This document shows positions 23,370-34,092 of a stretch of 64,000 bases of DNA, in pieces. The DNA is taken from NCBI GenBank assembly GCA_040954595.2, contig CM082577.2:14887903-14951902 (forward strand), written 5' to 3'. A program made the translations under genes and the position numbers. Numbering within the stretch: the first letter of the stretch is position 1; each line of letters begins with the position of its first letter. This stretch comes from Balanoglossus misakiensis. Lineage: Eukaryota; Animalia; Hemichordata. The notes under the pieces are model-generated. The model did no database searches. It was not told where the DNA came from and saw only the letters and a list, made by a program, of their open reading frames with translations.

Positions 23370-25123
23370 TTTTTAGGTCCCATTGGTATAGGCATATATA
23401 CCATGGGACCTTATGGGATCGGTTGCGTCTGTATGTATGTATGGATGTATGTATGGATGTATGGATGGATGTATGTCTGTATGTCCGTCCACATCAAAAA
23501 CTTGAAAACCGCTGCGCGTATCACCTCAATATTTGGTGTGTAGGTGCAGGCTGGGCTGTAGATGGGAGTTTGTCCAAACGAAGTTGCCAGGCCCAAAAAT
23601 ATGCAAATTAGCTGGAAAAATGTGAAATTTATCAAAACTCTGAAAGTCAACAACTACTCGTCAGATTGCTTTCAAAATTGGTATGCATGTACCTTATGTC
23701 AACCTCACATCGACCTGTAAGTGTTAAGTTAATATCATGGATGTTTTATTTTTTATGAATTTTTTAGTCTTTTTATTAAATTTATACCTTTACTTATACC
23801 TCTATGGTTAAGCTATGTCCACGTCTTATTGTGGAATTCTGGTCTGTGCAATAGTCCTGTACAGTGACTGTCTATTGGTCAGTGAGCACAATGGGGCCAA
23901 AATAAAAGGCAAATTTTTGGGCTCACCTGTAACACCTGCTTAACACATTAATTATGTGCATACCTAATTCCGGGCTAACTAATAGGGCTAGAGGTTTCAT
24001 TCTTGTGGGACATGGACCAGTATAGGGTCAAAATTTCTTGCCCAAATTTTGGGTGACCTCAGGTGACCTTTGACCTACTTTCCTATATCTCCGCATCCAG
24101 AGCAGGTACAGACTTGGCGTTTGGAGGGTTGGGACTAAAACTGAAAAGCCAAAATATTGGTCACCTGTGACACCTGCATATCTCATTTATTATGTGCATA
24201 CCTAATTCCAGGCTAACCAATAGGGCTATAGGTTTGGTTTTTGTTGAACATGGACCAGTATAGGGTCAAAATTTCTTGCCCAAATTTTGCATGACTTCAG
24301 GTGACCTTTGACCTACTTTACCATTTCTTGGCATCCAGAGCAGGTACAGACTTGGCGTTCGGAGGGTTGGGACTAAAATTGAAAAGCCAAAATTGGGGGG
24401 TCACCTGTGACACCTGCATATCTCATTAATTATGTGCATACCTAATTCCAGGCTAACCAGTAGGGCTATAGGTTTGGTTTTTGTTGAACATAGACCAGTA
24501 TAAGGTCAAAATTTCTTGCCCAAATTTTGCATGACCTCAGGTGACCTTTGACCTACTTTATCATATCTTGGCATCCAGAGCAGGTACAGACTTGGCGTTT
24601 GGAGGGTTGGGACTAAAATTGAAACGCCAAAATTGGGGGTCACCTGTGACACCTGCATATCTCATTAATTATGTGCATACCTAATTCCAGGCTAACCAGT
24701 AGGGCTATAGGTTTGGTTTTTGTTGAACATAGACCAGTATAAGGTCAAAATTTCTTGCCCAAATTTTGCATGACCTCAGGTGACCTTTGACTTACTTTAT
24801 CATATCTTGGCATCCAGAGCAGGTACAGACTTGGCGTTTGGAGGGTTGGGACTAAAATTGAAAAGCCAAAATTTGGGGTCATCTGTGACACCTGCATATC
24901 TCATTTATTATGTGCATACCTAATTCCAGGCTAACCAATAGGGCTATAGGTTTGGTTTTTGTTGAAACTGGACCAGTATAGGGTCAAAATATCTTGCCCA
25001 AATTTTGCATATCCTCAGGTGACCTTTGACATACTTTTCCATATCTTGGCATCCAGAGCAGATATGCTTATTGCTATGTTGCTATGTGATATGTTGGCTT
25101 GGCCCCGATATTGCTGCTTGCAG
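23370..25123 (+). mobile_element. Helentron/DINE-like non-autonomous element with microsatellite and central tandem array
   Basis: TTTTTAGGTCCCAT...ATGGGACCT hairpin, (GTAT/GGAT)n-GTCCGTCC tract, 239-bp tandem array, 3' motif ATTGCTGCTTGCAG. Related pieces at 27560-27900 (-) and 39425-39760. Confidence 0.55.
23923..25061 (+). repeat. Tandem repeat, ~239-bp unit, ~4.7 copies
   Basis: TCACCTGTGACACCTGCATATCTCATT recurs at ~23923, 24161, 24401, 24640 and 24879. Confidence 0.95.
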
Positions 25124-25680
25124 ATCTGCTTGCAATGTCACCTGTAATTTTTATTGTGGTGTGTCACTGTTTCCGCATAATCCTCAAATGGGACCACAGT
25201 GTCCTTGACGCTATTTTTGTAAAGATGTTGCAGATGATTACTACCATCTCTTTTGGGATTGTATTTATACTGGTCGGTTTTGGATTTCAGTGAAAGAGGG
25301 ATTCTATAATGTTACACAAAATACACTAAGGTTAAGTGCAATGTATTGTATTCTGGGTAATGCAGATGTGGGGGCTAGTCATCTCGCAAATCTAATTTTT
25401 CTGATTGGACACTTTTATATATTTAAATGAAAAGTGTCTAATGTTTTGCCGAATATTCTTCATTTTAAATCATATAAGAACATTTTGTTGGAGGCATTGA
25501 GTCATCTTGGGCATGGCTGGACAGAAATTTGTGCAAGATGGCGGCCAGTACCTGACCCCCTCCTTTTAGCTAGTGCAGCCAGCAGTGAAAATGGGGCAGG
25601 GGACCAGACTACCATACTTGACGCATTTCTTTTATAGGCAACATTTTAAACTTCTTTTGCTTTTTCCTCAGGTTCTTCCC

Positions 25681-27252
25681 ATGGGTCACCATGAGCAGGA
25701 CACCTATCAACAACTGGCAAAGAATTTGCAAACGCAAAGGGAGAGAGTTTTAAGGCAACAAGAAAACTTAAATAAAGAATATGATCGGCTGGACCAACAG
25801 CAGGAGCTCTTGAAGCATTTCACTGAGCTTGAAAACGTATTCATGAGCTTGCAGCAGGAGACAAGGTAGGTGTGGCGTACACGTGGATATATTTGTAAAG
25901 TTGAATATGCATGATACTACAGTGGCACCTTTGTGCGAACAAAAATTTAGCGGTCTGATTATGTGGTCAGAACTATACTATTTGCAGTCGCATTTTATAT
26001 TTTGCAGGACACAATTTGCATTTCATCAGAGCACACTCATAACATTTGCACATCGTACATATGGTAACTCTCATATGACAGAAGTGTAGTCGTCATGTAC
26101 CGCATGTCTGGTCGGCCAACCCTCAAGGAGGTCAAAAATAGCAATATGTACACTCAAAAGGAACGATATGGTCTCAGAGTTTTTGTGCCAACTAAAATTA
26201 AATGGTCTAATTATGTGGTAGTAATTTTGTCCACAGTCAAATTGTTAAAAGGAATTAAAGCAGTTAACATGCTCTGAGTGTGTCGACAGAGTTGCATCAC
26301 CCAGGAAAATACGGATGAAGTAATCAAAATGCGCCCAAACGACACCCCGCCTCAGCCAAAATTTGTAAAAATTGTGTCCATATAAATGAAAATTGGGTCC
26401 ACCAAATTGAAAAGGTGTCTGCAAATATTGTAGTAGTTCTGACCCGGAATTTGAATTGTTGGGATGTAGTGGCCAATAAGGTCCATTTCATTTTCTCATC
26501 ATGGGCCACCCCTGTTTGTATGTATATTGGCCAGACTTTCCCTTTGAAAACAACATTTGGATCAAACCACCAATGTGGTAAAAGAGGTAAATTAATTCAA
26601 AAACTGAATGAACAGCATTGAAGAATTATGTGTCTTTCAAATTGCGTCAGTTTCAAAAATGTCTTGGTTTTCATTTGTGTGTGTATATACCAAGAATGTG
26701 GTTGTTTCTTGAAGAGAGTAGAGGGTGCACATGCATGTCTAACAATAATTCTGGAAATCACTGAAAATAACATGTATATTGCTGAAATAGGAGTCTCGTG
26801 CATACTATCAACTGTACTGTCTTGGGTTTCTTTCAGCTGGGATGAGCTGCGGGGCTCATAAGAAGCCAAGAACCGTTACATACAGAAATTTGACCAGATG
26901 GAGGTGGTCCTGAACACATTTGCTATGAAGACCAGACTATTGAAAACCTGGTTAAAAAATATTGCCATGGACCAAGAACGCTGAAATTGAATTGTTGGTG
27001 TGTAGGGGCCAATATAGTCCACTGCATTTTCTCATCAAGTGCCACCCCTGTTTGTATGTATATTGGCCAGACTTTCCCATTGAAAATGTTGTACCGTGGG
27101 TTTCTTTCAGCTGGGATGAGCTGCTCGGCTCAACAGAAGCCAGACAGAAATACCTAAATAATTTCCAACAGATGGAAGCGGTCCTATCATCATTCTCACA
27201 GAAAGCACGAATTTTAAAAACTTGGCTGAAAAATCTTGATCCAGAACGCTGA
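25681..27252 (+). CDS. Small unrecognised helical/coiled-coil protein, copy 1 (108 aa)
   Basis: Exons 25681-25865 (acceptor TTCCTCAG upstream, donor AG|GTAGG) and 27111-27252 (TTTCTTTCAG|) join in phase: MGHHEQDTYQQ...LQQETSWDELLGSTEARQKY...KNLDPER*. The frame is conserved in the paralog. Confidence 0.6.
26837..26984 (+). pseudogene. Diverged duplicate of the second coding exon, with a premature stop
   Basis: Same acceptor GGGTTTCTTTCAG|CTGGGATGAGCTG. Reads WDELRGS*EAKNRYIQKFDQMEVVLNTFAMKTRLLKTWLKNIAMDQER*. Confidence 0.75.
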
Positions 27253-27559
27253 AAGGTATGGTGAATCTTGACCCCTGTGTGACCTTTACATCCTGGCACT
27301 AATCGTTGGTATGATTTAACCATTTTGAGTTCAAACTCTGGATCAATCAACCTTACTTACTGAATCTGTGCACTGTAAATCATCCCAAAACAACATTTTT
27401 GAATATTGTCTTTTACACAAAAGGGAACATGTTGTGGGTAATGTTGAATTACCAACAAAACACGAGGGTTTCTAAATTTGTAACGAGCAGAACCTACAGT
27501 AATGACCAATAATGACCTTGAAATAGATCAAATGATTAATAAGAAGCAATAAAGACCAA

Positions 27560-27900
27560 AAAATATAGCTGCAAGCAGCAATAGCGGGCCCAAGTCAAAA
27601 TAGCACATAGCAACATACGAGTAACCAGTACAGGTGAGTGCTTATTCTCACAAAATATGAAGTCTCAACGTTAGGAGCCAAAAAAAATGAACACTACACT
27701 AGTCTAGGTATAACATAAACTGTACCCCTATCCCTATTAATTCACCTATAATTAGGTATGCATCATATAATTAATGAGATAAGCAGGTGACACAGGTGAC
27801 CCCGAAATTTGGATTTTTATTTTAGTCCCATTCCTCCAAATGCCAAGGCTGTATCTGCTGATGATGCCTAGATATGGTAAAGTAGGTCAAAGGTAACCTG
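27560..27900 (-). repeat. Inverted partial copy of the Helentron-like element (3' end plus one satellite unit)
   Basis: CTGCAAGCAGCAAT...CACATAGCAACATA mirrors 25075-25123. 27740-27900 mirrors the 239-bp unit. Confidence 0.7.
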
Positions 27901-28339
27901 TACAACATCTGATTGCTTTTTTAGATCCCCGAGAAACTAGATGATGAGAGATGTCAATCAATTGGACACTCAGCAGCTGCATCAACAAGAGCTCAGTAGA
28001 CATTGCATGGATTGATTCCTGGCTTCATTTAAGAGTTATGGGGTCAGCACTGACATGTCGGTACATTTGTATATATATTTTTTTGTAAATTTAGTTATTT
28101 TAAGTGTACACATCTGTATTTGAACATTTTATTTGTAACTGTATATTAAGTTATTTTGTTAGTTGTAGTTATAGTTAATTATAGTATAGTATAGTTAAAG
28201 GGTATTTCTGTTTGTTTGGTGTGTGTGTGTGTCATTCTATCAAAGTGTAGGGTACCTGTATATAATATCACGGTCATACTGGTAAAAATTTCAAATGTTT
28301 CACAGACACTATTAGCGTTTTGTAAACACAGAGAATTAA

Positions 28340-28808
28340 AGGTATAGGAGCTGCAACTGGTTAAAAAAATAAGTTTTAAATAATCTCATATATGCTTTCA
28401 ATTATGTCTATTATATGATATTTCATGATAATATATCAAGCTCAACACTTATTTATGACAAAATGGCCAAAAAGTAAAGAAAAACGAAAATTCCTGCAAT
28501 TTTTAAAAAAGTGCAATATTGTCATGAAAACAGAACATATAATGTCTCAGCGGTGTACATTTACTTCCATGAGCTCAAGTGGATGAGATCATGTTTTGTT
28601 CATGAAATTTCATAACTGGAAATGCAACATTTTCATTGTTTCTTGCATTTTCCCATGGTTATCTGGTTAAAACTTGCATATGCACTCATATTTAGGGTTT
28701 ATAATGCTTGTGTATAGTTCACTGCCTTCATTTGCATGGTCTAATGGTAGAACAGTTTAAACCAACCATGATTATGATATTTATCCCAAAGTTGCAGCTT
28801 ATGTGCCT
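28340..28808. mobile_element. Kolobok-like MITE (TTAA target, purine-purine terminus)
   Basis: TTAA|AGGTATAGGAGCTGCAACT ... AGTTGCAGCTTATGTGCCT|TCAA. Absent from the duplicated copy (agcattaatcc at ~43996). Related partial copy at 50182-50467. Confidence 0.8.
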
Positions 28809-28925
28809 TCAATCCTTCGAGTCCCTTGTATCCACACACACATAGTTTATGTATAGCCACTGAGGCTTGGCCCAATAGACAATGGGTTGTGGAAAGGTTA
28901 TAATCGTTACATCAGGTCTGGCCAG

Positions 28926-29817
28926 CATAGCTCTGCGTACAGGTCTGTGTGTTCCCGGCGTTACACAGCCTCCACCACAGCCCTGCAAGGCGCCATAGAA
29001 AAAACTGGTGCTTCTGCGGTCCGGATCCGGACCGCAGCTTTTTCGGCCGAAATTCAATTTTATCGAAGCAAAATCATTTCCCTGTCTACTTCTGCCCCCT
29101 AACCGACTCCAAATATGATGCGATTAACTTAGCCCGGAGACACAGGCGTCGATCTAGAATACAACGCCCGGTGACAGTCGAGAAATTTCCTGCTGAGCTG
29201 AAAGATAGTAGCCCTGGCAACGATCAGGGTCGCTTAGTAACGAATGGATAACGAGTGATCTATCAAATGTTGACGGGCGCCAGTGGTTGGATGATATAAT
29301 TAACAAAGCTTGGTAAATCACTCCCACACCCCGTCACGGGAATTTCACACATGACTCCACCTCTATTTCCTTATTTAGAATGCGATGATGTCATTTGGTT
29401 TACATTGAGTGACCAATTAGCTTACACACAAGATTTACCACCCGTGTCGTTCTGCGCACAGAATTCGGTGCGTAAATAGAGACTGTCCCCGGGCGTTCCT
29501 TTTCCCCTACTACGCCTGTGTCTCCGGGCTACGATTAACTTGTCCTTACGTCCGAACCACTCGCGTTTGATTCATTTTTGTGTGTTTACATGTTGAGATC
29601 GTCATACATAAATATAAGGCTTACAGCGAGTTTATCTCCATGGGTAAACATAAAAGTTTTAGAAAGCGAGCTGTTCGGACGTTTTTGAATTTCGGCCGAA
29701 AAAGCTGCGGTCCGGATCCGGACCGCAGAAGCACCAGTTTTTTTCTATGGCGCCTTGCAGGGCTGTGGTAGAGGCCGTGTAACGCCGGGAACACACAGAC
29801 CTGTACGCAGAGCTATG
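28926..29817. mobile_element. Non-autonomous DNA transposon with ~130-bp TIRs, CATAG termini and a 5-bp TSD
   Basis: GCCAG|CATAGCTCTGCGTACAGG ... CCTGTACGCAGAGCTATG|GCCAG. The empty site ggtctggccagcaaagcc is present on the - strand at ~33178-33195. Confidence 0.9.
29130..29531. mobile_element. Nested MITE with TAG termini and a 9-bp TSD (AcademH-like)
   Basis: CGATTAACT|TAGCCCGGAGACACAGGCGT ... ACGCCTGTGTCTCCGGGCTA|CGATTAACT. Confidence 0.85.
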
Positions 29818-30073
29818 GCCAGCAAAGCCATCTCAAAATTCAAATTTCCCATTTGACAACAATCAAACCATCAATATTCAGAAAAGATGTGAATTTTCTT
29901 TGAGTTACAATTATTGTTTTCATTATGTCCAGAAAAGTTTACATTGGATTCAGCCACCCATTTTCTTTGACTTTGAATGTATCTAGTTTTGTTTACACTT
30001 CCCTCACGACTTTGCTTTACAATAAAATAGTACACTTGATGTCAGGGGTACACCATGTGCAATTAAAACCGTC

Positions 30074-30570
30074 ATTTCACCCCGGCTATGCGCTCCAAAA
30101 CTGATATGGCATTAACACCAGAGGACGTGTACTGATCTGAGTGAATCAGATCCCGTGAGGAGTACGGTGCCCAGAGTACACGTATCCAGAGAAATGCCAA
30201 TAGTTTTGATACATCTTCGCCCGCCATGTTGCAAGGTCAACCTTACTCTCCGGAAAATACGAGACTGTAGTCGAGCGAGCACGTGCAAGCGTAAAGTGGT
30301 GTTGCTATCGTCGATGAGGCGAATTCAGACATAGCGCTAATAAACACTGCCTGTCATGACTATCCACCAAAAGCGTTATTTACGGTAAATATAAGAAAAA
30401 GAACAGGCTAAGTCGACGAGGTCTGTACACGACGTGGCTTCACTATCGAGAAGCCATTTGTATCTGATCGATTTTGCATACTGGTCAGGGAGCCACGCCT
30501 TACAGCCTCGTTCGCGGATGACCCGTTTCATTCATCCTTGTAGTGACCATATGCATAAGATGTGGCTTGC
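30074..30570 (+). repeat. Interspersed repeat, copy 2 (see 2790-3270)
   Basis: Direct alignment with 2790-3270. Confidence 0.9.
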
Positions 30571-33069
30571 TTTTAGGCCACTGTCGGATAAGGGATTGTT
30601 TAGAAAATACTTCCAGGGGGTGGAGAATTTCCATAGAGGGGGAATATATTTTGCATGAAAATTCTTATGCCTCAATGTGAACATTGGCTATATGATAGTC
30701 GGGGACATTGTGGTACATGTACATGTATATGTTTTGGTTCTGTTTACAAGAAACAGAATAAGCGGATGTTTCCATGATTAAGACTTCCGAATTGGTATTA
30801 TAATTTCAGTATTTATTAAAGGGGAAATTCGCCATTTTGAGGGGTGGTGGCAAAGGAACATCTTTCATAATGATCTTAATTGCTTCAAAACACTCTTCTG
30901 AACTAGCATAAAGTACGTGCCATAAAAATATATCATGCACCCTCGCTCCCACAATAACAATTCGCAGATAAAACCGCCAACTGAGCATTCTGCAGCCTAA
31001 ACCTCAAAATCGCCTTAGGCCTAATAACTATCACATTCCAATAAAAACATTTTGGAAAATTGTCTGATCGAGAACTTTGCACAAATTTATCTCTTACTAA
31101 TTTAAAATGAAAGTTTTCCAAATGGGTGACTCTCTGATATATATATAAGTCCGTGGGTATTTTATCAAAAAATGGAAGAAATATTGAGAAAAACTGACAA
31201 AATTGCACAAAAAACATGTGGCTGGCGAGGGCGCTTTTGCGATATTTCCGACAACCGGGATTCATGATACACGCATAATCTAACATATAGGGGGACACGA
31301 TGACGTAGGCCTAAATTTTACGATCGATCGAGCCATTTTTGTCATTATTTTCATTCATTCACTGAGAACCCACGTATGGATATTAAACAGATCACAGATA
31401 AAGTATGTGAATAAATACAGTTATGCTTTAGAATCCTACTAGCATTTAGTGAAAGGGTCAATGTACACTTGCAAAGAACGGACGGACTTACGAAGATCTT
31501 GTTTAAAACGTCGTTGTCTTACACGACCGTACTCGTCTTGTACCCACTTCGCTGAGTGTTTGTAAATTGTACGCGACACTCATAAATAGTTGAATATGAT
31601 TAATCCCTTGATAACTAAGTGAGCCCAAGTGAGTTCTCAACTTTTAATGGAGCTCTCCCATCATGTGGGGCGGTGGCTTTGAGAAATAATAAAGTATTCT
31701 TGTTATATACGGCTAGTCTGACGGTTCAGCATGGCTGATGTAGGCTGTGTACGAGCGCTTTTTCTTCCTCTTTAGGCGGTGCTTAGGCCAGTAAGTAGAC
31801 TTGCTCCAAGTCTATGGACTTCATTATGTGCAGGGAACGCGTAGGCTTGGTCGACGCTACCCGAAATCACAAGCTCAGTCCCAAATTCGAAACTCACCTC
31901 ACTACCAAAAAGGCTAGCATGTACGCAAAAGTATTGCAATTATTTATTAAGCATTGCAATAAAGTATGAAGTATTAAGTATTTATTAAGTATTGAGATTT
32001 AAAAATCACCAAGCGACTAGTTGGCTAGTCAAGCCTGGAAATAAAATCTGAACACTCCATAAGCCCCACGTTTCAAACAATTTGGTCGGGCCAATCAGTT
32101 TATGTCGAAATGGAACTACCATTCTTAAAATAATATTTCCAAACGAGTTTCACCAAAGGCCGAAACGCTAAAAACGTTTATCTTAAAACAGGAACGATGG
32201 CGGATTTTTGTTTCTTTGTAGCGAGAATGATGGAATACTTGGATGATTTTTATCTGGCCGATTCTCAGAAGACATGTCACCACAAGAGGGCGCACTATGC
32301 CGACTACTCGGGAAAGTTGTGAAAGAATGAAAGCCAAAAGAAATTGTCCGCTCAATTGAATACAACCGTAGGCAGTAAATACAAGACCCATCACCGTTTT
32401 GTTTTAAAGCAGTGGTGTGTTTACGCATTTACGTACATTCAATGACAATGGTGTTTGCAAGAAAAAATCTACAAAATAACTCATTTTTTACTTTTATATT
32501 CCTAGAAAATCATGGAAGCATTTTGGAAACATTTACATAATGTTCATCTTATTCGAAGGCACACAAGCATTGAACAACACCTTGTCCGCTCCATTAGCTC
32601 CAACTATTCACTATGCGTTCAGTAATTTTGGTTTGATATGATAAAATACGCAGAATATAGCTTATCAATATTTAATGTATGTGTTTATTCAGTATTATTA
32701 TTGTGTAAAATTTGAATTCATGTCCCAACTAAAATTCATTTGTCAACAGCGCTGCCGTAAAAGGGAGGGCCGTGGTTTGCGACGATGTATTAGCGTGATG
32801 TTTGGAGTAAAATTATATAAATTACAATTTTTCACAGAATTAAAATACTGAAAATAAAGGTAAAAGTTACAGATTTTGATCCAGTGGAATGCTTATGCAT
32901 GTAAAAGTTTCATAGTACCGGCATAAAGGCGATTTGGTGCGTAGTAAGGGGTTTTGCTATGTAATGTATTACCCTGTTGAAATGCGCCATTCGACTGAGA
33001 CTGAGCTAATATTTATTATCTAATGATGTTGTCTAATATTTTTTTCGGATAATATTGTCTCAGTTGTCT

Positions 33070-33290
33070 AATATGGGGGTCACACACACGGTTCTGAAGC
33101 GTCTCAGATCAGATACCGTCTTTAAAAAACACGTGTGGACGGTGGATAGTGGTTCTGAAACGTCTTAGATTTGAGACGGCTTTGCTGGCCAGACCTGATC
33201 CGGTGTAAGGATTAACACCTCTCCGCAACCCATTATCTATGGTGCCGAGCCTCAGCGCTTATACACAAACTTTGTGTATGCAACATGTCT
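33070..33290 (-). repeat. Interspersed repeat family also at 28813-28925, 44000-44130 and 60810-61050
   Basis: Shared core caaagtttatgtata...ggctcgg.cccatagacaatgggtt..gga.aggtgtta.tc.ttaca, here in reverse orientation. Confidence 0.75.
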
Positions 33291-33734
33291 GCATGTGTTA
33301 TTTGACAATGTGCGGCGCTTTGGAAGGCATATCATTGATGTCAGTACATCCACGGAAAGTTGATGGGTCATATGCATTGTTGTATGCCAGCCGGCAGTGA
33401 CATGGTAAAGAATTTGAACAATCAAAAATAACCTTACAAGAGCGCTACGCAGTCTTGTAAGGCTGTTCCTGATTGGTGAGATTTCCGACAGCTCAATCTG
33501 CAAGCTATCAACAACTGTATTCAGTTTGTTTCACCTGTTGTTATATCCTTAACACCTCCTTACAATGTCATTTGCATTTCTGTCTATTTAGCATATCGCT
33601 CACAGTATTTGCATAACAATAAAACTCGGCCGCGGATGTTCAGTTCGTTTATCGTTCCCATTTCCTACACACGCTCCAATTCTCTCTCCGCCATTTATAC
33701 ATTCGCCAGCTTTAGATAGATTTTTTTCTCGATT

Positions 33735-34092
33735 TTTTTCTTAGTTTAGGTTAATTTATTGTATTACTTAGTTTAGATTATTAGTTATAGTTAGGTATAG
33801 TGTTAGTTTTTGTTAGTATTTATTTATTTTATTAGTTTCTGGTAGTATTTAGTTGTAGTATTAATTTCTGGTAGTATTTAGTTATAGTATAGTATTTAGT
33901 TATAGTATCACAATAAGTTTTTGTCAGTAATTATTTATAGTGTTAGTTCTTGTTAGTAGAGTGTTAGTTCCTGTTTAGAGTGTTAGTTCTTGTTAGTGTT
34001 TAGAGTGTTAGTTCCTGTTAGTGTTTAGTGTGTTAGTTCCTGTTAGTGTTTAGTGTGTTAGTTCTTGTTAGTGTTAGTTCAGTATTAGTTTT
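33735..34092. repeat. Low-complexity TTAG/GTGTTAGTT minisatellite-like tract
   Basis: Repeated gtgttagttc(c/t)tgttagtgtttag units at 33940-34080. Confidence 0.85.

Larger units (their letters stand above)
22568..30050 (+). repeat. Local segmental duplication, copy 1 (copy 2 at 40459-44360)
   Basis: Colinear blocks: 22568-22790/40459-40662, 25490-25870/40695-41062, 26150-26500/41107-41490, 27095-27545/41528-41990, 28080-28339/43754-43998, 28813-28925/44000-44110, 29823-30050/44112-44360. Confidence 0.9.

Noticed and set aside
23923-25061. CRISPR-like array
   Set aside because: Whole 239-bp units repeat with no unique spacers; eukaryotic context and no cas genes.
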